Origin: Candidatus Omnitrophota bacterium
GTDB taxonomy: Bacteria > Omnitrophota > Gorgyraeia > JABMRG01 > JAFGKX01
Direction: 5' to 3'
NCBI GenBank assembly: GCA_043797125.1
Contig: JAZDPX010000033.1
Coordinates: 98,527 to 162,526 of the forward strand
Length of the DNA stretch: 64,000 bases
A program made the translations under genes and the position numbers. Of the stretch, positions 41,433 through 50,273 are shown piece by piece. The first letter of the stretch is position 1. Every line of letters begins with the position of its first letter. The notes under the pieces are model-generated. The model had not been told where the DNA came from. It saw only the letters and a program-made list of their open reading frames with translations, and did not search any database.

Positions 41433-42407
41433 CGCTCTTTGCTTCAACGGCTTCCACCACCGGCTGTTATTCTTATACCAGCCTATTGTCAAATCCAGGC
41501 CCTCATTAAACGAATACTTCGGCCTCCAGCCCAACTTTTTAATTTTACCGGAATCAAGCGCGTAACGCCTGTCATGCCCAGGCCTATCGGTTACAAATTT
41601 TATATAGCTATCCCTAAGGCGCAGTTTCTTTAAAAGGGCCCCTGCCATATCAATATTGCGTATTTGGGTCCTGGTGCCTATATTGTAAATTTCGCCAATT
41701 TTCCCATTTTTTAAAATACATTCTATGCCGCGGCAGTTATCCTCAACAAATAGCCAGTCGCGTATATTTTTGCCGTCGCCGTACAAAGGCAGTTTTTTGC
41801 CCCCAAGAAGATTGGTGATAAACAACGGCATCACCTTTTCCGGATACTGATAGGGGCCGAAGTTGTTTGAGCTTCTTGCTATTACAACCGGTAATCCAAA
41901 TGTATGATAATAACTAAGGCATAATAAATCAGCTGCTGCTTTTGACGCTGCATACGGAGAATTAGGCAAAAGCGCGTCTGTCTCTTTTGAAAAACCTGAT
42001 TTTATGTCTCCGTACACTTCATCTGTCGAGATCTGCATGAATTTTTTTATTTTGTATTTTCTGGCTGCCTCAAGAAGAACCCTTGCGCCTTCGATATTTG
42101 TTTTTATAAAAGCCCCGGCGTCTTTAATCGAGCGGTCCACATGCGTCTCTGCCGCGAAATTAATTATGGTCGATGGTCGATGGCCAATGGTCGATAGTAA
42201 ATTATTCACTAATTTTGAATCGCAAATATCGCCTTTTACGAATTTATAGCGTTTATCACTTTTGGTATCTCTTAAATTGTTTAGGTTGCCAGCATAAGTG
42301 AGCTTATCAAGATTTATGATTTTAATATCCCTATATTTTTTAAGCATGTATCGAATGAAATTGGACCCGATAAACCCGCATCCTCCGGTTACTAATATAT
42401 TTTTCAT
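41415..42407 (-). CDS. rfbB: dTDP-glucose 4,6-dehydratase (RfbB/RmlB) with an in-frame heptamer-array insertion
   Basis: 'ILVTGGCGFIGSNFIRYML...FAAETHVDRSI...YAASKAAADLL'; array ggtcgatggtcgatggccaatggtcgat at 42168-42195 encodes 'STIGHRPSTI'. Confidence 0.9.
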   Translation of the reverse strand: MKNILVTGGCGFIGSNFIRYMLKKYRDIKIINLDKLTYAGNLNNLRDTKSDKRYKFVKGDICDSKLVNNLLSTIGHRPSTIINFAAETHVDRSIKDAGAFIKTNIEGARVLLEAARKYKIKKFMQISTDEVYGDIKSGFSKETDALLPNSPYAASKAAADLLCLSYYHTFGLPVVIARSSNNFGPYQYPEKVMPLFITNLLGGKKLPLYGDGKNIRDWLFVEDNCRGIECILKNGKIGEIYNIGTRTQIRNIDMAGALLKKLRLRDSYIKFVTDRPGHDRRYALDSGKIKKLGWRPKYSFNEGLDLTIGWYKNNSRWWKPLKQRARIIEW

Positions 42408-42417
42408 CTTTTTACCA

Positions 42418-42445
42418 CAGACTATAGACTATTGACTATAGACCC
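42418..42445. repeat. Heptamer tandem array (gactata family), intergenic between rfbB and degT
   Basis: cagactatagactattgactatagaccc. Confidence 0.9.
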
Positions 42446-43570
42446 TGCGGCCTCCTTTATTACTTTAATCACATGCCCCATCTGCTTCCTGCCAAGCTCC
42501 GGATACACGGGTATAACAAAAGTTCCTTTAGAACAATTCTCCGCTTCCGGAAAATCTCTCTTCTTATATCCTAAATACTTAAAACAAGGCTGAAGATGCA
42601 AGGGCACAGGATAAAATGTCCTTGAATCTATGCCCTTGCCAATAAGATATGCTCTTATCTTTTCTTTGTTTTCCGTTGCCCTTAAGACATACTGGTGATA
42701 TATGTGGGTATTGCCCTTGGCAACATATGGCGTAATAAGACTTAAATCTCTTAAAGCGCTATTATAATAAGCTGCGTTTTGCGCGCGCTTTTTATTCCAT
42801 TTATCTATGTGTTTTAATTTCACCCTTAAGACAGCTGCTTGAATGGAATCCATCCTGTGATTATGTCCTATGCGCAAGTGCACATATTTATCTTGCGGCG
42901 AAGCGCCCTGATTTCTTAGTAATTGTAATTCTTCTGCAATGGCCTTATTATTAGTAACTATACAACCCGCGTCGCCAAACGCGCCTAAGTTTTTACCGGG
43001 ATAAAAACTTACAGTCCCGCAATCGCCTATTGTGCCTGCCTTTTTACCTTTCTGGCTTGCGCCGAAACTCTGAGCAGTATCTTCTATAACTTTCAAATTA
43101 TTCTTTTTTGCAATCTTCATTATCGCATCCATATCAGCGCACTGGCCGTATAGGTGGACTGGGATTATGGCCTTTATAGTATTGAGTATTGAGTATTGAG
43201 TATTGAGTAAAATCTTTTCGATGGAATCGATAGAAATGTTATAGGTTTTAGCGTCGATGTCCGCAAAAACAGGCACAGCCCCGATAGCCGCCACTGCGCC
43301 TGCGGTCGCGTAATATGTAAAAACCGGGCAAATAACTCCGTCGCCCTCTTTTATGCCTAATGCCTTAAGCGCAAGAAAAATAGCGTCTGTGCCGTTTGAG
43401 ACTGCGACTGCATATTTTACCTTGCAATAGGCGGCTATTTCTTTCTCAAGAAGCCTGACTTCTTCTCCAAGTATAAAACTGCCTGAATCAATAACTCTCT
43501 TTACAGCAGAGTCTATTTTCTCTCTAATAGGCTTTGTCTGCGTTTCCATATCCAACAATGGTATCTTCAT
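42422..43570 (-). CDS. DegT/DnrJ/EryC1/StrS-family PLP-dependent sugar aminotransferase (WbpE-like) with in-frame (gtattga)x4 repeat
   Basis: '...AIIPVHLYGQCADMD...' and an active-site Lys region; repeat at 43179-43206 encodes 'NTQYSILNT'. Confidence 0.9.
   Translation of the reverse strand: MKIPLLDMETQTKPIREKIDSAVKRVIDSGSFILGEEVRLLEKEIAAYCKVKYAVAVSNGTDAIFLALKALGIKEGDGVICPVFTYYATAGAVAAIGAVPVFADIDAKTYNISIDSIEKILLNTQYSILNTIKAIIPVHLYGQCADMDAIMKIAKKNNLKVIEDTAQSFGASQKGKKAGTIGDCGTVSFYPGKNLGAFGDAGCIVTNNKAIAEELQLLRNQGASPQDKYVHLRIGHNHRMDSIQAAVLRVKLKHIDKWNKKRAQNAAYYNSALRDLSLITPYVAKGNTHIYHQYVLRATENKEKIRAYLIGKGIDSRTFYPVPLHLQPCFKYLGYKKRDFPEAENCSKGTFVIPVYPELGRKQMGHVIKVIKEAAGSIVNSL
43179..43206. repeat. 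Perfect heptanucleotide tandem repeat (gtattga)x4 inside the degT-like CDS
   Basis: tagtattgagtattgagtattgagtattgagtaa. Confidence 0.9.
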
Positions 43571-44305
43571 TCTGTTGCCTTTCTTGCCACAAGATTATTT
43601 GCTCTAAGAAGGGAATCAAAAGTCCCTGAATCGGTCCAAAAACCATTCAGCTTATCATAGCTCATCTGGCCCAGGTTTATATATTTGTTATTTACATCCG
43701 TAATTTCCAGTTCGCCTCTTTTAGAGGGTTTGAGTGTTTTTATGATATCGAATACCTTCTTATCATACATATAAATCCCCGTAACGATAAAATTGGTGAG
43801 CGGCCTTTTGGGCTTTTCCGTGATATTCAATATTTTACCGTTTTTAAACTCAACCACGCCGAAACGCCCGGGATCAGGCACTTCCTTTATCAATATCCTG
43901 GCGCCATTTTTTTGACTTCGAAATTTATTCACCGAAGCCTTTATAGACTCCTCGACTATGTTATCGCCGAGGATTACCACTATCTTGCCGCCGTCGGCAA
44001 AGTCCTGCGCCAGGCGAAGCGCGTCCGCTATGCCGCCTTCCCCTTTCTGATAAGTATATTCGATGTGCTTTAATCCGAATTCTTTGCCGCTTCCTAAAAG
44101 CCGCAGGAAATCCCCGGCATTATTTCCGCCCGTAACAATTAATATTTCCGTTATTCCAGCATCAACTAAGGTTTGAATAGGATAGTATATCATCGGCTTG
44201 TTGTAAACTTAGCTAATGCAAAAGGTGTTTGTTACAAACCGTAGTTAAAGGATAAAGTCTCGAACCTAATCCTCCACATAAAATAACACCTTTTGTCATT
44301 GGCAT
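43567..44305 (-). pseudogene. rfbA: Glucose-1-phosphate thymidylyltransferase (RfbA/RmlA) disrupted near codon 30 by a 7-nt insertion giving TAG/TAA stops and a frameshift
   Basis: Upstream frame 'MPMTKGVILCGGLGSRLYPLTTVCNKHLLH*' (GGGGGTG SD before ATG at 44305); frame +1 continues '*VYNKPMIYYPIQTL...'; an intact gene would read HLLP-VYNKPM, and 'cattagctaa' replaces a single codon. Confidence 0.7.
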
Positions 44306-44314
44306 CACCCCCTT

Positions 44315-45340
44315 TTATTTTGAAACTTGCTTTTTAAACCTTTTAGTATCCGCAAGTTTCTTTATTTTTTGAAATAGAATAAATTTACGCGGTAAATAAA
44401 CGTCTGTCGATCTTAGGCCTCCATAAATAAAATTCCCTAATTTCACTGTATCCTCAAATCCATATCTTAATTCAAAACAGTTTGGCGTTCGTTTATAGAT
44501 AGTCCCCCGCCGTGTAGGCATTATATTGTGCATCCATTTTAGCACTTCATAGTTAGAGCTGGTAACCATAGATTTATAAATATCATTGCTGACATGATAT
44601 GCAAAGCAACCATCTCCATCAAAATATCCTCTTACAAAATCATGATAAATATTTTTTGGCATATTTAATGGATATAACCTTAAAGGCTTCTTTGGGATTA
44701 CCCCCAATTTTAATAAATCATTGTTTATCTCGTTAGAGCTGAATTCCAATCTAAAATATTTGCCATTTTCGTAACTTCTTATAGGTTTATTGCTTTGAAA
44801 AACTAAATTTATCTTTTCTAACAAAACTTTGTCCTTTGTGGCAAACATCAATTTTCCTTCCCTGCTTACACAACCATCAGCACAAATGTACCCAAGTAAA
44901 TATGCGGTTTTGCTATTAAGGGATTTAAATATATCTCTGCTATAGTTATAAATACGATTATAGCTGCGGCCTTTCATCTTTCTGCTGTGCTCCCTTTTGC
45001 CCCTTTCTGCCTGCATGTAAAATTTACCTTTTTGTGCCGCTATAATAGCCGCCTGCTTTCTGCTTCTCAATTTTATATTCCGTTGCCTTAAGCATCTTTT
45101 GATTCTATTAACGCTATAACCTGACGTTCTTGAAATTTCAGATAATGAAAATTTCCTTTTCACATACAAGTAGACTATTTTATTAATATTGCTGCTTTTT
45201 CTTCTGTTGTGGCCAATAATATACTTTTTACTTAGTCCAACATCTTTATTGCAACCACATGCGCAACTATGGACGCTATAACTCTTTTCCTGTTTTTTAA
45301 TTTTTCCTCCAGTCATAATCAATATCGTTATCAAACGCAT
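44315..45340 (-). mobile_element. Free-standing double-motif LAGLIDADG homing-endonuclease gene between rfbC and rfbA
   Basis: Two dodecapeptide motifs 'AYLLGYICADGCVS' and 'FVRGYFDGDGCFAY'; Cys cluster 'HSCACGCNKD' and basic HTH-like N-terminal region; overlaps the rfbC start by 44 nt. Confidence 0.75.
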
Positions 45341-45746
45341 CCAGCCTATATTCGTCCGGATTTTTTCGATTGTAGGCCCGGGTTGGCGTATTTATCGCTA
45401 CTGCCTCTGTTTTGCCTACGCACTTAAATCCATGATAAACATTAGGCGGAATTTGCACAAGCAAAGGATTGTCCAGGCTTATTTCGAATTCATTTATTTG
45501 TTTGTATGTGGCAGAGTTTTTTCTTGCATCGAAAAGCACAAGGAGCATTTTCCCTGATACGCAGGTGAAATTATCCGTTTGCGAGCGATGCCAATGCCAG
45601 GCCTTTACAACTGCGGGTTTTGCGGTAGTTATATATACCTGGCCGAATTTTTTGAATATTTTATCGTCGCTGCGCAATATCTCCATGAGCCTGCCCCGTT
45701 CATCAGGAATCACTTTAAGCTTTTTTACCTTCACCCCTTTTATCAA
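45297..45746 (-). CDS. rfbC: dTDP-4-dehydrorhamnose 3,5-epimerase (RfbC/RmlC, short cupin form)
   Basis: '...VYITTAKPAVVKAWHWHRSQTDNFTCVSGKMLLVLFDARKNS...' cupin core. Confidence 0.85.
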   Translation of the reverse strand: MIKGVKVKKLKVIPDERGRLMEILRSDDKIFKKFGQVYITTAKPAVVKAWHWHRSQTDNFTCVSGKMLLVLFDARKNSATYKQINEFEISLDNPLLVQIPPNVYHGFKCVGKTEAVAINTPTRAYNRKNPDEYRLDAFDNDIDYDWRKN

Positions 45747-45759
45747 TTTATAACCTCCT

Positions 45760-45794
45760 CAACTATCGACCATCGACTATTGACTATCAACTAT
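45760..45794. repeat. Heptamer tandem array, intergenic rfbC/ugd
   Basis: caactatcgaccatcgactattgactatcaactat. Confidence 0.9.
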
Positions 45795-45795
45795 A

Positions 45796-47091
45796 TTATC
45801 TCCTCCCTATACACACGTATTGAAAACCTAAATCTCTCATTCGCTCGGGTTCAAACATATTTCTGCCGTCTATGATAACCGGCTGGTTAAGCAACCTTTT
45901 TATTTTTTTGAAATCAAGATTCTCAAATTCTTTCCACTCCGTAATGATAACCAGGCAATCACACCCTTTTGCAAGGGAATACGGGTCTTTGGAAAACTCA
46001 ACCATAGAAAGCTCGATTTTGGCCCTTCCCATAGCCTTTGGATCATAGGCCTTTATGCGCGCGCCTTCTTTTTGCAGCATCCTTATTATATCCAGGCAGG
46101 GGGCTTGTCTTATGTCATCTGTATTTGGCTTAAACGCTATGCCCAATATTCCTATGGTCTTATTGTTTAAATTCCAGAGCGCAGATTTTATCTTCTCTAC
46201 AAAAAAGGCTCTTTGCGCCTGGTTTACCTTTGCGATTATCTTTAATATTTCAGGGTTGTAGCCTAAGTTTTCCGCTATGTGTATAAAGGCGGCCAGGTCC
46301 TTTGGAAAGCAAGAGCCGCCGTAACCTATTCCCGCATTCAAAAATTCTTTATTTATTCTTGTGTCCAGGCCCATGCCTTGCGCAACCTTTTTTACATCAG
46401 CCCCGCATAAATCGCATATCCTCGATACAGCGTTGATAAACGATATCTTCAAAGAGAGAAATGAATTAGAGGCGTGTTTTATTATTTCGGCGCTCTCTAT
46501 GTCGGTTACAACTATTTGTGCCTTAAGCGGCTTGTATAATTGCCTTAGAATCTTTTCTGCCTTTTTGCTCTGCACGCCTATAACAATCCTGTCCGGGCGC
46601 ATGAAATCCTTGATAGCCGAACCTTCCCTTAAAAATTCAGGGTTTGAGGCTATGTCAAATTTTACTTTTTTGTTTTTACAGGCGTTAAGCGTATGTGCGA
46701 CCCACCTGCCGGTTTCAACAGGCACTGTGGACTTTTCAACGATAAGCTTATACGACTTCATGTGCCTGGCAATAACAGCGGAAACATTTTCCACTGCCGA
46801 TAGGTCTGCCGCGCCTTTTTCTTTCGGCGGCGTGCCTACTGCAATAAATATAATCCTGGCAAATTTAACGCCGTCTTCTATTTTAGATGAAAAAAAGAGC
46901 CTTTTCCTGCTCACGCTTTTCTTAATAAGAGACGCTAATCCAGGTTCGTATATCGGTATCTCTCCGTTTTGTAGGGCTTTTATCTTTTCAATGTTTTTAT
47001 CAACGCACATCACCCTGTTTCCCAGCTCGGCGAAACACGTACCCGTTACCAATCCCACGTATCCGGTTCCTATAACAGCAATTCTTTCCAT
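45796..47091 (-). CDS. ugd: UDP-glucose 6-dehydrogenase
   Basis: 'MERIAVIGTGYVGLVTGTCFAELGNRVMCVD' and catalytic Cys region 'GYGGSCFPKD'. Confidence 0.9.
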   Translation of the reverse strand: MERIAVIGTGYVGLVTGTCFAELGNRVMCVDKNIEKIKALQNGEIPIYEPGLASLIKKSVSRKRLFFSSKIEDGVKFARIIFIAVGTPPKEKGAADLSAVENVSAVIARHMKSYKLIVEKSTVPVETGRWVAHTLNACKNKKVKFDIASNPEFLREGSAIKDFMRPDRIVIGVQSKKAEKILRQLYKPLKAQIVVTDIESAEIIKHASNSFLSLKISFINAVSRICDLCGADVKKVAQGMGLDTRINKEFLNAGIGYGGSCFPKDLAAFIHIAENLGYNPEILKIIAKVNQAQRAFFVEKIKSALWNLNNKTIGILGIAFKPNTDDIRQAPCLDIIRMLQKEGARIKAYDPKAMGRAKIELSMVEFSKDPYSLAKGCDCLVIITEWKEFENLDFKKIKRLLNQPVIIDGRNMFEPERMRDLGFQYVCIGRR

Positions 47092-47109
47092 TTTAGACCT
47101 TTTCCCTCT

Positions 47110-49317
47110 CTATTGCTTATTTGTTTGAGAGCCTATCTTAGGCTCGTGGTAGCTTCTTCCGAATCTAAACGGCAAATTAGGAAACTCCTTTAATCTGAAA
47201 ACAACTAAGATCTCCTCGCCTCTTTCCCTGAACACATTATAATGTATATCGACTTCCCAGCAGTGCAGGTCGCGGGTAATAACGTATCTTTGCTCCCTTA
47301 AATCATATACATATTTATTGTCGTTTACAATTCTCTTAAAATCGAAATTTTCATATGCCTTTATCTTCCATTGGGGATTTATGCGCCATTCGACCTGCCC
47401 TATTATATCATTTGACTCGACAACGTAGCTATGCGACAAACCGAAAGAAAAATCTTTAACCGTTGCCACAAAATCCGTATTTATATACTTAAGCCATTCA
47501 TGATCGCGCCTTTTGTGAGGATCCATCGCGGCCTCGGATGTTATTGTCAGCCAATTGTAAGGCCTCATTTCAAGCTCTGCTAAATAATCCAAGAGCTGAC
47601 CTCCCGGAGTTTGCTTAAAGTCATATTGCGTGTCAAGGCCAAGCCTCACAAAATCAATCGACTCCTGATTTTGCCCTCTTTTGGTCTGTAGTTTGTTTTC
47701 CAAGGAAAACCCAATCGTGTTATTTCTGTCTATACTGTCGATCGAATCAAATCCAAATAGACTTTCCTTTCTTAATGTCGGCAATGGATTGTAATTATAG
47801 CTTACCCCAGGGGTAATTATGTGCCTTAGGCTGTTTATTTCTATACCGAGCGGAGAGCATTCGGCGTTAAACATCTTATAGAATTTGGTGTTTACATCCA
47901 CGCCTGTATAAAATATCCCCCTTGTATGCGAGGCGCTGCCAAAATCAGTTCCTGAAAGCCCCTGGTCATAGTAAGTTTCTCTAACAGCAGTATAAGGCGT
48001 AACATTAAGAAACGAAACCTTGCTGGCATAAGATAATTTATTGTATACATCAACGCGATTATTCTTATGCACGAGGGTATTAGCTACAGGATCTTCTATT
48101 GTGCTACTGGGATATTTCTTATTTAAATTTACAGCGCTGTATTCTCCGCTATAATAAAGCCTGCTGTCTCCTATGCGGTTATTATAAAGGTCTAATTTAA
48201 CCTCGGGCAGCCTCTCAACAGTTTCCTCGAACCTGTTCGCCCTTTTTTCAGTAAGAACGCTTAAATTATACAAGGGCTGCGTCTTGGTAATTAACAGATA
48301 AGATCTCGGGTGTTCTTCCTTTTCATATTCTTCGTAGAAGTAATCTTTTCTAAAATCCTTGTCTTTATATTTATACAATTCCGTAGTGGCAAGCGTATCA
48401 TTAAAGATCTGCCATTGGTGCCTCCACTGCGCAAGCACCTTTTCCTGCTCTTTTGTAGATTTGCTATCGCTTTGGGCAGAGTAAAGATGATCCCTGCCTA
48501 TGGCTCTTTCATGAGTATAGTATGTCTTTAGCGTTCCTTTGCCTATGAATTTGGTGTCATATATGTGGTCAAATCCGTAAGCAAAGTCCTTTTTTTCCCT
48601 GTGATCCAAATGCACGTAGCCTTTGTGATTAGGGTCAAGATTATAGCGCCATGCAGTCAACAGGTAAGCGCCCCATTCGCTGCTTTTTCCCGGTATTATC
48701 GTAACTCTCGGGCGGTTTTCATCCAAAGGATGCGCATAAACCGGCAGCCACAATACCGGAACAGACCCAACCCAGAACGTTGCGTCCTTTATAACTATCT
48801 TTACGTTTGGATATATCAATACCTTTTTGGCTGAAATTCTATAATGCGGATACTGGCGGTCGCATGTAGTAACATAGGCCTTGTTGACAATAAATTCATC
48901 CGGTTTTGTTTTTTGGGCGCACTCGCCTTTTGTGTGCCATGGTTTTGTATAACCGGTAAACCCTACCACGCTGCCTGTCTCCTTTTCAAAATTATATGTT
49001 ATCGTATCTCCGGTAAAAAAGTTCTCGCCCTGAACAAGCCTCACGTTGCCTTCGGCAATTGCTTCTTTGGTATCTGATTGAACCCTTACCTTATCGCAGG
49101 TAAGGGTGGCGTCTTTGTATTTTATAACTATATTGCCTGTGCCGACTACTTTGCCGTCTTTTTCAAAATACTCAACCTGGTCGCCGTTAACCTCAATAGG
49201 CCCTTCCATTTCTTCTGCCTGTGCAACCGCAGCAAAAAATAAAAAGAGCGCGGCAAAAGACAAAATAAATCTTTTACTTGTGACTTTGTGACCTGGTGAC
49301 CTGGTGACCTCTCTCAT
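47110..49317 (-). CDS. lptD: LPS-assembly protein LptD (OstA) homologue; N-terminal codons lie in an octamer repeat
   Basis: OstA-like N-terminal domain 'IEVNGDQVEYFEKDGKVVGTGNIVIKYKDATLTCDKVRVQSDTKEAIAEGNVRL...' plus a large C-terminal beta-barrel region; repeat gtgacctggtgacctggtgacct at 49279-49310. Confidence 0.7.
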   Translation of the reverse strand: MREVTRSPGHKVTSKRFILSFAALFLFFAAVAQAEEMEGPIEVNGDQVEYFEKDGKVVGTGNIVIKYKDATLTCDKVRVQSDTKEAIAEGNVRLVQGENFFTGDTITYNFEKETGSVVGFTGYTKPWHTKGECAQKTKPDEFIVNKAYVTTCDRQYPHYRISAKKVLIYPNVKIVIKDATFWVGSVPVLWLPVYAHPLDENRPRVTIIPGKSSEWGAYLLTAWRYNLDPNHKGYVHLDHREKKDFAYGFDHIYDTKFIGKGTLKTYYTHERAIGRDHLYSAQSDSKSTKEQEKVLAQWRHQWQIFNDTLATTELYKYKDKDFRKDYFYEEYEKEEHPRSYLLITKTQPLYNLSVLTEKRANRFEETVERLPEVKLDLYNNRIGDSRLYYSGEYSAVNLNKKYPSSTIEDPVANTLVHKNNRVDVYNKLSYASKVSFLNVTPYTAVRETYYDQGLSGTDFGSASHTRGIFYTGVDVNTKFYKMFNAECSPLGIEINSLRHIITPGVSYNYNPLPTLRKESLFGFDSIDSIDRNNTIGFSLENKLQTKRGQNQESIDFVRLGLDTQYDFKQTPGGQLLDYLAELEMRPYNWLTITSEAAMDPHKRRDHEWLKYINTDFVATVKDFSFGLSHSYVVESNDIIGQVEWRINPQWKIKAYENFDFKRIVNDNKYVYDLREQRYVITRDLHCWEVDIHYNVFRERGEEILVVFRLKEFPNLPFRFGRSYHEPKIGSQTNKQ

Positions 49318-50273
49318 AATACCAACGCCGCTGCTCCTATTATCCCGGCCTCATCCGGAAAACTTGCCCTTATTATCTTCAATCCCTTTAAATGCGGCTT
49401 CATGGCTGTTATATTAAGCTGCTTTATTAAACTTGTAAAAATAAATTCGCCTGCCTTTGACACGCCCCCGCCGATGATGAGCATTTTCGGGTTTAAAACA
49501 TTAACTATACCTGCTAAACCAACCCCCAAATAACTGCCTGTTTCCTTTAAAACTTCTATTGCAAGTAAATCTTTTTTCTTCGCTGCCTTTGTTATAAGCT
49601 CGGGCGTTATTCTTGAAAGCTTACCACCTGCCATATTTATTAAGATAGTGCGCTTTTTGCTTTTAATATACTTTTTTGCTCTTTTGACTATGTACTTATT
49701 GCCCACAAAAGCCTCCAGGCAGCCACGCCTTCCGCAGCCGCATTTTGGCCCGTTTGCATCTATGCAGATATGGCCTATTTCTCCTGCGCAGGAAGCGCTT
49801 CCCCTGTAAATTTTTCCGTTTATAATAATGCCGCCGCCGACTCCGGACCCAAGCGTAACGCATATTGCGTCTTTAACGCCAAGCGCAGCGCCCCAGGCAA
49901 GCTGGCCCATGGCAAATGCATTTGCATCATTATCCACAATTACAGGCACCTGAAAATACGAGCGCAGTATCCTGCCAAGTGTTATTTCTTTCCAGCCCTT
50001 TATGTTTGTCAACTCATAAACAATGCCGTTTTTATAATCTACAATGCCCGGCACCCCTATGCCAATGCCGGCCAAATCACTGTTATGTAAATTATTTTCT
50101 TTTATAAGCAGCTTTGCGGTTTCAATTATTTTTGCTATAAAGGCTCTCTTTTTTATAAACAGTTTTGTAGAAAAAGAGGTTTTAGAAAAAATCCTGCCGT
50201 TTCGCTTTACCAAACCCAGCTTTACGGTTGTTGCGCCTACGTCAATACCCAAAACACATTTATTCTTCTTCAT
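49314..50273 (-). CDS. ROK-family sugar kinase (glucokinase-like)
   Basis: 'VLGIDVGATTVKLGLV'; zinc motif 'CGCGRRGCLE'. Confidence 0.85.
   Translation of the reverse strand: MKKNKCVLGIDVGATTVKLGLVKRNGRIFSKTSFSTKLFIKKRAFIAKIIETAKLLIKENNLHNSDLAGIGIGVPGIVDYKNGIVYELTNIKGWKEITLGRILRSYFQVPVIVDNDANAFAMGQLAWGAALGVKDAICVTLGSGVGGGIIINGKIYRGSASCAGEIGHICIDANGPKCGCGRRGCLEAFVGNKYIVKRAKKYIKSKKRTILINMAGGKLSRITPELITKAAKKKDLLAIEVLKETGSYLGVGLAGIVNVLNPKMLIIGGGVSKAGEFIFTSLIKQLNITAMKPHLKGLKIIRASFPDEAGIIGAAALVL

Noticed and set aside
44315-45340. Intein
   Set aside because: The LAGLIDADG ORF has its own start and stop and is not in frame within a host gene. The neighbouring rfbC and rfbA reading frames are on separate coordinates.
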